This document shows, one piece after another, positions 36,493-49,240 of a DNA stretch of 64,000 bases. Each line of letters opens with the position of its first letter. Position 1 is the first letter of the stretch. Source of the DNA: Octopus vulgaris (lineage: Eukaryota). The notes under the pieces were generated by a model, which made no database searches, had not been told where the DNA came from, and saw only the letters and a program-made list of their open reading frames with translations. The DNA lies in NCBI GenBank assembly GCA_951406725.2, contig OX597836.1, positions 30,008,001 to 30,072,000 of the forward strand, read 5' to 3'. Made by a program: the position numbers and the translations under genes.

Positions 36493-37902
36493 CCTTAGGT
36501 AGTAGTAAGGACAAAGGAAGAACCCCCTTCCCCTGAGTTAATGAGTTGAGTGGTTGCACATCATAAAACAAATAGCAGCCAAATTTCCCTCAGATTATAC
36601 CTTACTGTCTTAGAAATGAACATTGGGTAATATATTCTGAGGTACTACATAGGAAAAAGATGGAATGGGCATGGCTAGAATGCCTTTGATCATAGGCCCA
36701 TTTAAACATTGACCTGAGGTTAAACTGCAACAATTTAGCACCAAAAAAAAAAAAAATAATAAATAATGGTTAAGGCTGAAATACCATAGCTTGGTCAGAG
36801 TTTACCTGGAGCTAAACAACAAAGGAAAAATATGATACAGACAATGGAATAATATAATACATAAATACACACACACACATATATATACACATACAGACAC
36901 ATATATATATGCAACACACACATACACACATATATGTATATATATATACACACCTGATTGAAATATTGATTTTTGGGAAACCGCATGTTGAAAGCAGAAA
37001 GAAAAAAAAAAAACACCTCCTCAACAGAGATTGAATTTTCAATAACCACACACAATTTGAAATGAAAGAAAAAAAAGGGAGGAAAAAAAAAGTTAGATAT
37101 AAGTAAAAAAAAAAAAAAAAAGTGAAGCCTGTCGGTTCAATTCCCAGGTGATGATTCAGAAAATCATGCTATTACACATACTCCAGTAGTCAAAAGGGGG
37201 CTGCAAGCTGAATATATGGAGAAAAAAAAAACTTAAGTGATAGTATGAGCTAACTGCACAAGCTAAATGAATGAAATACTGTAGAATATAATACTACAGA
37301 ACACGTCAATAAGTCAGTCCTACTGTATACACACTTGCTGAAATGTGTCTGAATGAATTCAGTCAGATTTGGACCACCAAAACAAACACCTGCCTGCTGT
37401 TACTTTGTTACTAGGCTGGCCACACTTCACCACCGAACACACCGCCGCCACCACACTCAGGGAATTTCTTCATATCTATTTTTAGAAGTCCTTTATCTCT
37501 TTCACAGCAAGCAATTGATTGTTTTTTTGTTTTTATTTTAGATTTTGTAATATATATATATATATATATATAATATATTTATATATTTATATCTATATAT
37601 ATGTATTTTTTTTTAGCTATGTTTTACTTTACATCAGACTGAAAGCTGGGATAGATGAACAAAGAGTGTACAATGTGTCAGGAAAAGAACAACAACAGTA
37701 GCAATAACAGAAACAACAACTTAGCTAATGAATAGCTAAATAGCTTTACTAAAAAAAAAAATGTGTTTAAGAAGATTTAGAGTATTAGAATCTGGTTTAG
37801 AGTATTGTGTCAAATATAGATTTATTGACCGAGATGAGGAATATCATCAACTGGACACTACAGCTAGGTTAACTAGATTATTAGAATTATTCTAATAAAT
37901 AA

Positions 37903-38309
37903 GGATCTTTTCAGTTTGACTGGCAGTTTTTTAAAATAATTTCCACGTAACTAAACACTTTTAAACTTCGTATACTGGTAGAATGTGTTTATAAAACATC
38001 TTTTTCTCTTGGCTTTATTGAGAAAATTCTATAGTTTGTAAGATATTTGTTGTTTTTTTTTCTTCAGTTTCTGCAATTTCAACCAATCAATGACGTCTAT
38101 TGAGCTGAAAACATTCTGTGCCGTATGAATATGTCCCTCGTTTAAGAAACAGATTGGGTTTATTTACATTTCTGAAGAAAAAAAAGATATCCTTCCCCCT
38201 AACCCTAAAACAGATTGAAATGCAAAAGATCGATACTAGGGTTAAAATTATGGGTGACAATTTCATATGACACCGCTAGAAAAAACTGCCGTTCAAACCG
38301 AAAAGATCC
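37903..38309. mobile_element. PIF/Harbinger-type MITE
   Basis: TIRs GGATCTTTTCAGTTTGACTGGCAGTTTTTT / AAAAAACTGCCGTTCAAACCGAAAAGATCC, with a 3-bp TAA on both sides (37900-37902 and 38310-38312). Confidence 0.8.
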
Positions 38310-38312
38310 TAA

Positions 38313-38783
38313 TATTCTGCTCAATACCACAGATTTGCTTGTCAGTTGTTTGACCATAACCAGTTGAGCATGTCCCTTAGTGGCTGATGATATGTGCATC
38401 TCTGACCACGAGCAGAAGTAGTGGGGTAGCATCATAGCCATGTGTTGAGAGGGATTCTTTGGGGTTTGAATTATTCACTTCTGGAAACATGGGTGTTTTG
38501 TTCAACATCCTTAAACAACCCTTATTCAGGGACCTTTTGAGCGAGATGGGTTACTCGACCAGGAGAAAATTCTTACTGGGCCCCACCTGCAAGGACATGT
38601 GCTGTTTATCTTGATATGAGATCACCATGTTGTGCACATATGGTTGTGATGCATGTGCCTAGTATACCTTTATCAGACAGGTAGTCATGATGGGTATACT
38701 AGGCTTCGTATATTTTACCCCAGTGTCACTTTGATGGCATGCACTGCTCTTTCACTCAATAATAATAATAATAATAATAATAA
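38313..38783 (+). repeat. Unclassified interspersed-repeat-like segment ending in (TAA)n
   Basis: About 450 bp of GC-balanced sequence ending abruptly in CACTCAATAATAAT. Single copy in this window, so repeat status is inferred. Confidence 0.4.
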
Positions 38784-38784
38784 T

Positions 38785-39372
38785 TCTTTCTACTATAGGC
38801 ACAAGGCTTGAAATTTGGGGGAGGGGAATAGCTGATTACATCAACCCCAGTGTTCAACTGGTACTTATTTTATCGACCCTGAAAGGATGAAAGGCAAAGT
38901 TGACCTTGGCAGAATTTGAACTCAGAACGGAGTGACAGGTGAAATATTGCTAAGCATTTCATTCAGCATGCTAACGATTCTGCCAGCTCGCCACCTGAAT
39001 AATAAATAATAATAATAATAATAATAATTATTATTATTATTATTTATTATTGCTGTTATATATGTTTTAACTTTTTACTGTCTCCAAAACATCAGACCCC
39101 AAAAGGCAAAGTTGAACTCCACTGAGGGTGACTTTGCCTTCCATCTTTTGGGGGTCAATAAAATAAGTACCAGTTGAATACTGGGGTTGATATATTTGAC
39201 ATACTCTCTGCCCCAAACTTGCTGGCCTTGTGCCAAAATCTGAAACCATTATGGTTAGCATGCGGGGTGAAATGCTTAGTGCCATTTCACCCGTCTTTAC
39301 ATTCTGAGTTCAAATGCTGTTGCAGTCAGTTTTGCCTTTCATACATTCGGGGTCAATAAATTAAGTACCAGT
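38785..39372. mobile_element. Family A SINE copies in opposite orientations
   Basis: Minus copy at 38785-38995 (A3 tail); plus-strand partial copies at about 39115-39250 and 39255-39372. Confidence 0.75.
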
Positions 39373-40056
39373 GTGTGTGTGTGTGTGTATGTGTGGAGAG
39401 AGAGAGAGAGAGACTCCTCCAAGGTGATGTTCTATCCTTTTTTGTCTTAGGACTGTTCTTATAAACCCCACCTCTCTCTTTCTTTCTCACCCTCATCCCA
39501 TCCACATCTTATTTACTGTAAACAACATTTTTCACTGACATCTACTGCAGGTTTCAAGTTTCCATCTTTGGATGTTAGTGAAAATAAGGCCAGGTTATAA
39601 TAAACAGGATAAAATTTTACTATATTTACTAAATATTCTATTTTCTCTTTGGGCAACTTTTGGTGCCATAACATACATAACACATACACACACACACATG
39701 CTAGGGCCATCTTAGTAACTTTGTAGGTCCCCAGGAAAATCAATGCACTGGGCCCTATAGCATTTATTTGTTGACAGCAAGCTACAGAATACATGAATCA
39801 GAATTGGTCCCGCAGATTCATGAGGCCTCCAGGTAACTGCCCAAGTGTACCTAAAGAAGGTACTGGCACATACACACTCATGCATCATTCTACATTAGCT
39901 GAGATCGCAGAAAGAGTAATTTAAAAACCCAGAGTTCCGTGTCAAGTCAAACAAGTTGTCTGACAGCTTTGCAAACAATCTCAGTTAATGAAAGATTGTC
40001 GTAGCATAACTTTTTATTTGTTTTCCTCACTTTATTATTCCAACTCTCACTCATAC

Positions 40057-40095
40057 AGATGTACGACTGGCTGTTGCTCGCATGCATGAAGCCAT
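40057..40095 (-). CDS. Candidate first coding exon (coding part) of the ZO-1-like gene
   Basis: ggcaaaATGGCTTCATGCATGCGAGCAACAGCCAGTCGTACATCT|gtatga encodes MASCMRATASRTS in phase 0, in frame with exon 10024-10071. Lies next to a promoter-like tract. Confidence 0.35.
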
Positions 40096-40330
40096 TTTGC
40101 CTTTGTTCAGATTGTTATTATCTCACGGCTTTGATTCCGGCACGGATTAAAGTTGTTCTTTACTGTCACATGACCCTGTTATGCAAACGTAGCTGAGAAC
40201 TGGCACGTTCTTGTGGTTATTTTCAGGCCAATCAGATAGTTTGCTTTTGGCGCGTTCCTTTTTCACTAACAACTTCTGATGTCCATTTTTCCCAATATAA
40301 GAAGCCATTTTTTATTAAGAAATGTGATTC
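40096..40330 (-). promoter_or_regulatory. Candidate promoter/5' UTR or enhancer
   Basis: Non-repetitive and locally CpG-containing. Motifs: GTCACATGAC E-box (40165-40174), GGCCAATCAG CCAAT box (about 40226-40235), CTTTGTT, CTTTGAT, GGATTA and ATGCAAAC. Confidence 0.35.
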
Positions 40331-40963
40331 AGTGATTCACTGGGAGATCCTATAAAGAGCAGACTTCTGATTCTCACCAACATACATGCTTCTGCTTGAT
40401 TAATTTTTGTACTTTATACACTTACAAATTCACTTTTATTGTTGTCTAACTTTTATCAATTGTTACTAGTAAGTGATGATTATTTATAAAATGTTCTGTC
40501 AAGGACACGGTTGAACCCTCTATCTCTTTCTCTCTTCCCCACTCCTCTCCATCGTTATATGAAAAAAAAAAAAAAATTGATTGTTGTTAAATGTAACTTT
40601 AGATTTTGTTTACAAATGAACTTAGATAAAATAATCTAAAAAAATTCAGGTTGTACCATTCTGAAGATTCCAAATGAAGATGAAATGGTATCATAAATGG
40701 CTAATATGATAACAATAAAAGAATTGTAATAAGATGTATGTTCATCATACTCTTTTCCACTCTTCTGAAAAGAAAATTTTCTTCTCCACAAGACAAATGA
40801 TAGATAAGCTTAGAAACAATTATCTCCCCACAGAGCAGCAAATCTCTTTCACTCTCTGTCTCTACCACAGTATATACAGATTCCTGTAAGACCACCATGG
40901 TTGAACAATTATGCTAGAAATGCCCTGTCTGTTTCCAGACAGATTCTTTGAATATTCTTTATA

Positions 40964-41255
40964 CCAGAAGTCCCCCAACTGTTTTCGCATCACAGACAGG
41001 TTTCATACAGGATAATTTTCCAACAAGTAGGGGGAAATCATGCACATAAAATACAAAGTGCAAAATATATAATTTAATTATTACATATATATAGTAATAT
41101 ATATGTCATATATAATATGTATATATAATGCAAACACATCCTGTAGATTGTAATAGTCAATAAAATAAAAAAAACTTAAAAATTTATTGTGTAGCCTGGT
41201 ACCAAATAATCCATGGCCCATTACTGACCCATGGCTTGGTGGTTGAGGATTCTGG
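40964..41255. mobile_element. hAT/Charlie-like MITE
   Basis: CCAGAAGTCCCCCAAC ... GGTTGAGGATTCTGG termini; approximate 8-bp flank repeat CTTTATAC/CTTTACAC. Confidence 0.6.
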
Positions 41256-41291
41256 CTTTACACAGCAATGACACTTGGTGAATATTATACC

Positions 41292-41522
41292 TATTTCTTT
41301 ATTACCCACAAGGGGCTAAACACAGAGAGGACAAACAAGGACAGACAAATGGATTAAATCCATTATATCGACCCCAGTGCGTAACTGGTACTCATTTAAT
41401 CGACCCCGAAAGGATGAAAGGCAAAGTTGACCTCAGCGGAATTTGAACTCAAAACGTAACTCAGAGGAAATATGGCTACGCATTTCGCCCGGCATGCTAA
41501 CGTTTCTGCCAGCTTGCCGCCT
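41292..41522 (-). mobile_element. tRNA-derived SINE family A (A1) with target-site duplication
   Basis: GGTGAATATTATACC at 41277-41291 and 41529-41543. Confidence 0.9.
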
Positions 41523-41978
41523 TCCCTAGGTGAATATTATACCATATGAATAAATTATCATACACCTGCTTCAATTGTATTTTGGTAAATACTATACAAA
41601 CTGATTCTGCATGCATTTGCATTGATAAACTGACAGTTCATGGTTATCTTGACTTGTTGAGGTACTTATATGCCAAACATTTACTCTGTATTTGATATAA
41701 TTCCATTATTCTTATTAGCATTATTAAATGCTGTTGTAGCTACTTCTCTTGTCTTTTTATTCCCCTTCATTTTCATTACAACCAGCTTGCTAAAACATAA
41801 AAACTGTTATATTTTATGTTTTCAGTTCTCTCTCCCCTGTTGCTAAAAGCAAAATGCACACCTCTACGATGCCCATCCATCTATCCATCCATCCATCCAT
41901 CCACAATAGCAATCATGCATTGAGCCTTTAATTCTAATCACCATACATACATACACACACACACACACGCATATATAT

Positions 41979-42195
41979 TCATCATCATCATTTAACGTCC
42001 ATTTTCTATGCTGGCATGGGTTGGATGATTTAACCAAAGCTGGCAAGCCAGAAAGCTGCACCAGGTTCCACTCATCTGTTTTGGCACGTTTCCTATACCA
42101 AGATGCTCTTCCTAATGCTCACCACTTTACAGAGCGTACTGGGTGCTTTTTTACGTGGCACCAGCACAAGTGGGGTTACCAAGTAACTTGCAAGA
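41979..42195 (-). mobile_element. Family C SINE-like repeat
   Basis: ATC tail, ATGCTGGCATGGGTTGG and GGGTGCTTTTTACGTGGCACCAGCAC. Confidence 0.7.
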
Positions 42196-42796
42196 AATAT
42201 CTGAAATGGCTGTGGGTTAAGAAGTTTGCTTCCCAACCACAAAGTTTTGGGTTAAGTAACATTAGCATGTCATCTTTCACAAGTATCTATTACAATAGCT
42301 CAGGTCAACCAAAGCCTTGTGAGTGGATCTGATAGGCAGAAACTGAAAGAAGCCTGTCATATATGCACGTGTGTGTGTTTGTTTGTTTATGTCTCCTTGT
42401 CATGATATTGCATGACAGTACCAAATGAGTGTCACTTGTTTCCAATATTCTGCAAGAAATACTCTGGCCATAGGGAAATGTTACCTTGGTGGGAAACAGG
42501 AGTGGGTTGGTTACAGGAAGGGCATCTGACCACAGGAAAATTTGCTCCAACAAACTTCATCCAACCAATGCAAGCAGGAAAAGCTGTAAGTTATGATGAT
42601 GATGATATATATATTGAGCAGCTTTCAGCTTTTTCTATCCCAGAGGGGATTTTCAACCCAACATTTACATGCAATTATTTATAGATTTATGTGCATCAAG
42701 ATGACAGACAGACAGACAGATAGATAGACAGATAAACACTTTTCAAAATTTGTATGGCCTTCATATACCACCAGCACTATCTTCACAACCATCACT

Positions 42797-42835
<39 letters not shown>

Positions 42836-42872
42836 GCTGCCAAAATCACAATCATCATCATCATTATTATTA

Positions 42873-42908
<36 letters not shown>

Positions 42909-43279
42909 CACTGTTGTAATATAAATATATCCAATGACCCTAAGTGAAGTAGAGAGGAAGAGGTCCCACCACCACCAACAACATCACCCTCACCCCCACT
43001 CCACCATCATCACTGCTACTGTTACTTCTACCACAACTGCTACTGCCGCCAGAACTTTCCAAGTCATATATCTCAGCAAATTAGCCTAGTGAGACTATCC
43101 ATCTCCATCTAAACTAATGATGATACTACGTGCTGCATCTATCACCTTTGCAGTGTGTCATCCGAGAATTTGCTACCCATCTCCACCCCAGCATCTCAAA
43201 AGCTAAAAACTAAAGATATAAGTGTGTATACGTTGTTATATGTATATACATATGATATATTTGTGTGTGTGTATGTGTG

Positions 43280-43495
43280 TGTTTCTCAACGCTGAGGTGC
43301 TCCTGCTGTTTACAGGCTATCAATTTAATGCAATATCAGACAGAAAAAGTCAATCAAGCCGGTCATTCATTAATGACATTAGCATTAGCGCAGGCTGCTT
43401 GGCTTCTGTGCCCGTGGCCAAAATCTGGAATAATTCTATCATGCTGAGATTGTACATTAATTTGATTACGTTTGTGTCACATGACTGATCAACTA
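43280..43495. promoter_or_regulatory. Candidate enhancer-like non-repetitive block
   Basis: TGTTTAC (Fox-like, 43307-43313), palindromic TCATTAATGA, TAATTTGATTA (paired-homeodomain P3 site, 43458-43468) and GTCACATGAC (43476-43485). Confidence 0.3.
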
Positions 43496-43770
43496 AATAG
43501 CAAATAGTCATAGTACCAACTGATCAATTAAAAGAATTGTTGTAGTAGTACCAACTGATTAATTAAATAATTTCAATGGTAGTAGTAGTAGTAGTAGTAG
43601 TAGTAGCAGTAACAACAACAACACATTTAGTGCCAGACTCCCTCTCTCCCACATGTGAAACTGAATCAATAATGGAGCTGCTTATGTGTTTGCTTGGTCT
43701 GCTAGAAATAGCAGCCAAATCATTTTCAAATGACATCCTGGCATCTTAAAAAAAAAAGGATGAACATATA

Positions 43771-44117
43771 GGTGTAGGAGTGGCTGTGTGGTAAGTAGCT
43801 TGCTTACGAACCACATGATTCCGGCTTCAGTCCCACTGCGTGACACCTGGGTAAGTGTCTTCTACTATAGCCTCGGGCCGACCAAAACCTTTTGAGTGGA
43901 TTTGGTAGACGGAAACTGAAAGAAGCCCATTGTAAATATGTATATATGTGTGTGTGTGTCTGTCTTTGTCCCCCCCAACATCGCTTGATAACCGATGCTG
44001 GTGTGTTTACGTTCCCGTCACTTAGCGGTTCAGCAAAAAAGACTGATAGAATAAGTCCTGGGGTTGCTCGAGCATGGCCACAGTCAAATGACTGAAACAA
44101 GTAAAAGAGTAAAGAGT
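43771..44117 (+). mobile_element. tRNA-derived SINE family B nested in a family E copy
   Basis: GGTGTAGGAGTGGCTGTGTGGTAAG head; tail CAGTCAAATGACTGAAACAAGTAAAAGAGT. Confidence 0.85.
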
Positions 44118-44691
44118 ATATTGGATAACTTTCCAAGAAAACAAGACAGGATGGCTATGGCTGAAATGTCTTTGATCATAGGTCTGAGCATAGATCAATG
44201 CTAACCTGGGGTTAAATGACAACAGCAACAATAACTACTGAATAAAACAAACCACTAAGAGAATGATTACCTATGTGTTCCTTCAGTGTGCTTCAAACAG
44301 CAACAACAAAATCATTAATCACCTTCAAATGACACCCAACTAAACATGAAAAGCAAAGGAATACATTATATAATATAGTCCTAGATAGACAATTCCTGAG
44401 TGGAGTCTATGTCGGGTAATGTAGTCCTTGAAGTATACACAACACTTGAGACAGAGGAGACAGCATATTGGATGGGTAATGAAGTTCTAGAGAGAAGGGA
44501 CAGGCCACAGTGGATAATGTAAGCTCAAGATATGCAGCACCTGCACGAAAGATAAGCTGGTCATAGATGAAACATCTTTCACCATAAGTCTTATGTAATG
44601 AAAGGCCAATCTGGAGCTAATTAGCCACAACAGTAGCTATTGAATTAAGATAAATTTGTCTATATTTTCCTTTCATAACCACACACATACA

Positions 44692-44890
44692 GTGACCGCG
44701 TGTGTAGCATTGGCGATTTTTTTCCCTCCGTCTTCCCTTCTCTGGATCTTTCCTTTTCCTATGTTTCTGACGAAGAGCTCCACTCGAAACGTTAAACCCT
44801 CCTTCTTCCCTTCCTTTCTGAGCATCAAATAATACTATATTTGTTCCACGTTGTTGTGTTTTCTCTTTGTGCTTTCATGTTTGGATTAAC
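44692..44890 (+). mobile_element. Penelope-like element terminal repeat remnant
   Basis: Pyrimidine-rich tract, minimal hammerhead and T-rich tail ending at a TA run; related to 30862-31080. Confidence 0.6.
44763..44797 (+). ncRNA. Minimal type I hammerhead ribozyme motif
   Basis: GUUU-CUGACGA-A-GAG-CUCCA-CUC-GAAAC-GUU-AAAC: intact CUGANGA and GAAA boxes, 4-bp stem I, 3-bp stem II. Confidence 0.65.
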
Positions 44891-44901
44891 TATATATATA
44901 T

Positions 44902-45107
44902 ATCATCATCATCGTTTAGCATCCGCTTTCCATGCTGGCATGGGTTGGACGGTGCAACTGGGGTCTGGGAAGCCAGAAGGCTGCACCAGGCCCAGTCTGA
45001 TCTGGTAATGTTTCTACAGCTGGATGCCCTTCCTAACGCCAACCACTCCATGAGTGTAGTGGGTGCTTTTTACGTGCCACCGGCACAGGTGCCAGACGAG
45101 GCTGGCA
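44902..45107 (-). mobile_element. Family C SINE-like repeat
   Basis: Close reverse complement of 13070-13253. Confidence 0.8.
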
Positions 45108-45829
45108 ATAGATATTGGTTCCAAATTTTGGCACAAGGCCAGCACTTTTGGATGAGAGCTAAGCTAATTACATTGATCCCAGTACTCAACAGGTACTTAT
45201 TTTATCAACCCTGAAAGGACGAAAAGCAAAATTGACCACAGCAGGGTTTGAACTCAGAATGTACTGATGGATGAAATGCTGCTAAGCATTTTGCCCTGTG
45301 TGCAAATGATTCTGCAGCTCATTGACTTACACACACACACACATAATACATTATCATCATCATTTCAACATTTAATTTTCCATATTCATGTGGGTTGAAC
45401 GGAATCTGGTGAGGTGGATTTTCAATGGCCAGATGACCATCCTGTCATTGACCTTCATCTACTTCCATGTAAGGTAATGTTTCCCCATCAGCAGACATAT
45501 TTTCACAGATTAAAAATGAAAGACACTACTTGCATGACTTTTGTGCTTGCTTAAAGCCTTCAGATAATTTCAAGGCAGGGAGACAGTAACACACACAAAT
45601 AGATAGAAACATAGATAAATACACATACACACACATGATGGGATTCTTTCAGTTTCCAGCTTCCAAACCCACACACAATACTTTGGTTGGCCCAGAGCTG
45701 TAGTACAAGACACTTGCCTAAGATGCCACAAAGTAGGACTGAACCCAAAACCTCGTGGTTGTGAAGCAAGCTTCTTACCATATAGCCACACCTCCTTATT
45801 GCACTGTTTCAACAAATATATTCTACATA

Positions 45830-46026
45830 TTACTCTTTTACTTGTTTCAGTCATTTGACTGCGGCCATGCTGGAGCACCGCCTTTAATTGAGCAACTCGA
45901 CCCCGGGACTTATTCTTTGTAAGCCCAGTACTTATTCTATCGGTATCTTTTGTCGAACCGCTAAGTGACGGGGGACATAAACACACCAGCATCAGTTGTC
46001 AAGCAATGCTAGGGGGACAAACACAG

Positions 46027-46072
<46 letters not shown>

Positions 46073-46224
46073 GACGGGCTTCTTTCAGTTTCCGTCTACC
46101 AAATCCACTCACAAGGCTTTGGTCGGCCCGAGGCTATAGTAGAAGACACTTGCCCAAGGTGCCACGCAGTGGGACTGAACCTGGAACCATGTGGTTGGTA
46201 AACAAGCTACTTATCACACAGCTA
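45830..46224 (-). mobile_element. tRNA-derived SINE family B
   Basis: Near-identical to 49771-50164, with an internal (TA)n. Confidence 0.85.
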
Positions 46225-46549
46225 CATTAAGGCATAAATGAAGTAAAAAAAAATTAGTTTCTTGATTTTGTTTTTGCCTTCTTCTTCTTACTCGGTACAT
46301 ACTTCAATTATTTGCTTTTGGAGTTGGTTCAAGAATAAAAACACAGTTAAAAATTGAACACCTTGAACAATAGAGATCATTTATTTTAACGCATTAAATT
46401 ATTCTAGTATTTAAGAAGAAAAAAAAATGGAATAAAATGTTTAAATAATTTTTTTTTTTCATTTGAAAGAACAATTTTGTTTGAATAAAAATAATTCCAA
46501 TGATTATAAAAAAAAAAATGCTTTCTAGAATAATGAATATATACTTATG

Positions 46550-46860
46550 TATATAAGTATGCATATATATATGTATGTGTGTGTGCGTGTGTATATATAA
46601 ACATATATATATATATACACACATATATAAACATAAACACACACATATATATAAACATATATATACACATATAAACATATATATACACATATAAACATAT
46701 ATATACACATATACACACACATATATATATACAAATATACACATATATATATACATATATATATACACATACACACACATATACATATACACATACACAC
46801 ACATATACACATACACACACATATATACATATATATACACATACACACACACACTTACAA
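46550..46860. repeat. Compound CA/TA microsatellite
   Basis: Directly visible. Confidence 0.9.
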
Positions 46861-47440
46861 ATACAGACATATAATTCAGAATAAAATGCAATTTTCTTCT
46901 CAGAATATGAACTATTTAGCTACTTAAAAATCAATTGACAAATTCTAAATGACAAAGTACTAAATCCCAAAACTACCTGACTTAAATAGGAAAACAAAGT
47001 CTTTGCAAGCAAAGCTTATTGTCCGATGAATGAGGGGAAGTCACAAGTGGGCTCGTGACACCCACTGGCATATTATAAGTATATGTATGTCTGTATATGC
47101 TTGCATGTGTGTACTCACATATACACACATGAACATGTACATCAGCGTAAATTGGTACCTTATGACATTTTGGCAATGATTCACCTCGCTTTACATGAAG
47201 GTGAACTTATACATGTCAAGTGAGATCAATAAAAATAAGTATCATCCCAAATATTGTAAAATAAGAGAAAAACCTCATGGAGTGATACCTGTATCCTACC
47301 AGGGATATGAAGTTGTGTGACTGCAGCATGGTGGGTCGTGAAGAGGCAGTGGAAGAGCTCAACTGAGCCAATGGTTCTTCGTGTACTGATGCTGAGCAAA
47401 GGATTCTTTGAAAATCAACGGTCAGGATCACCAAGCTGCA

Positions 47441-47667
47441 TTAACCCTTTAGCGTTCAGATTACTCTGTCAAATATAATGCTTTTTCATTCACATTGTTT
47501 TGAATTAATCCAGCATTATCTTGTAGCTCTGAGAATTTGATGAAGTGAATGTTTATTTTGAGGATGTCATTGTAGGATATGAGTGAGAACCAGATCTAGA
47601 TGGTTTGAACACAAAAGAAGTAGAAAATTTGGGCCGGATACGGCCGGTTTAAATGCTAAAGGGTTAA
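47441..47667 (+). mobile_element. piggyBac-type MITE family 2
   Basis: TTAA-CCCTTTAGCGTT ... AATGCTAAAGGG-TTAA. Confidence 0.85.
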
Positions 47668-48334
47668 GAGATTAACTGCTGTGCATCCATAGGGGTGGCA
47701 TCTATGATTGTGTAATCAGCTAATGAAAGATTCATTATGACTCAAGCCCCCAATTTAAATCGTGTGAAACAGAACTGGATGGAGACAGGGTTGTGAGAAT
47801 TCATGCAAGATGGCACGACAAGATCACTGGTGAGGTCTTCAAGTAATTCCAAGGCAGGATTCTTCAACTGTGTAGGGTACAGCATTGAGGAATATGAAAG
47901 TAGTGTATAATAGATGGACAGTAAGTGTCTTGCTGAAGAGGTGAATCCATGGTCTCCACCACCACCACCACCACCACACATATCTGATTGACTTCCACAC
48001 AGTTTCCACTACCAAATTTCATTTCAAGTTTATGGTAGAAAACACTTGTCCAAGGTCCCGTCCAGTTTGGACTGAATCCAAAAACCATGTGACTTCAAAG
48101 TAAACTTCACAGCTACACAGCCATCCATGCCTTCCACCATTTATATGCTAGTAACTATAATGAAATAATACTGGTAACAGTAATGCTATTACAGAAAACA
48201 TGAAAACAATCCATTGATAATTCAATTTGATTTGTGTGAGTAAGTTTGTATGTATTAGAAATTCAATAATAAGGTAGGGAAACAGTTTTGGTATGATGAT
48301 GTGTGCATGTACACACACACATATGTATGTATGG

Positions 48335-48388
<54 letters not shown>

Positions 48389-49190
48389 CATTCTCACTTT
48401 GACTGCCTTGCCACCCATTCCTTGCTGTATCATTGTATGTCCTGCGTCTATAGTCATTTCTATTACACTTTATTATTGCAGAGTAGAAATGGAGACTTTT
48501 TCCCTGGAAATATTATGTAACAACAGAACACTAAGTCTTTTCATTAACAATAGTAGGAAATGAGGTTTTTCATTGGCTTAACATAACACTGTGGATAACA
48601 GAATTAGCTTTTAACTATGTGATGTGAGCTTTATAATAAAATAAATATCGATAACCCAAAAGCTAAAATATATATGAAGGGGGCAATAAAGAATGAAATG
48701 ATTATTATCATTATTATTATTATTAATAATAATAATGATAGTAATAATAATATCTATTATCAATACATTATCTATATATTTATTGGTTTTTACATCCATT
48801 TTAGATGATAGAACAGGTCAAATGGTGCTAAAACTTTCATATATACATTTTCAGGAATTGTTAGAGAAACCAACTTTACTGATTGGTTCTTTTAACAATA
48901 ACTGTTGTCAACGGAATGGAAATTGGTAACTTTTGGGTGGTAGTTAGGCAAAATGCATTGCTCAGTTTAACACTACCACCACCACCAACAACAACAACTG
49001 GTACTTGGATGACTTTGGCATAAAGATAAGGAATCCTTTTGCACTAAGGGTAAAATTTTACCCACATTACTGATAAAATTCTTTAAAAATTCATGTTTTT
49101 TGTGTTGTATGTTTTATTCACTGGACAGCAGCTATGCACAGGGATATAAATGAACCAGGTTGTCAAGCAGTGGTGACAAAGACACACACA

Positions 49191-49240
<50 letters not shown>

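Noticed and set aside
37181-37206. Minus-strand short exon candidate (ttcag|...|gtatgt)
   Set aside because: Lengths of 26 or 19 nt are not frame-preserving and there is no homology support.
38197-38210. Telomere-like CCCTAACCCTAA
   Set aside because: Only two units, located inside a MITE; not an interstitial telomere array.
47230-47950. Possible old LINE coding remnants here and at about 13585-13880 and 19730-20040
   Set aside because: Composition suggests decayed retroelements, but I could not read a diagnostic motif by eye, so they are left unannotated.
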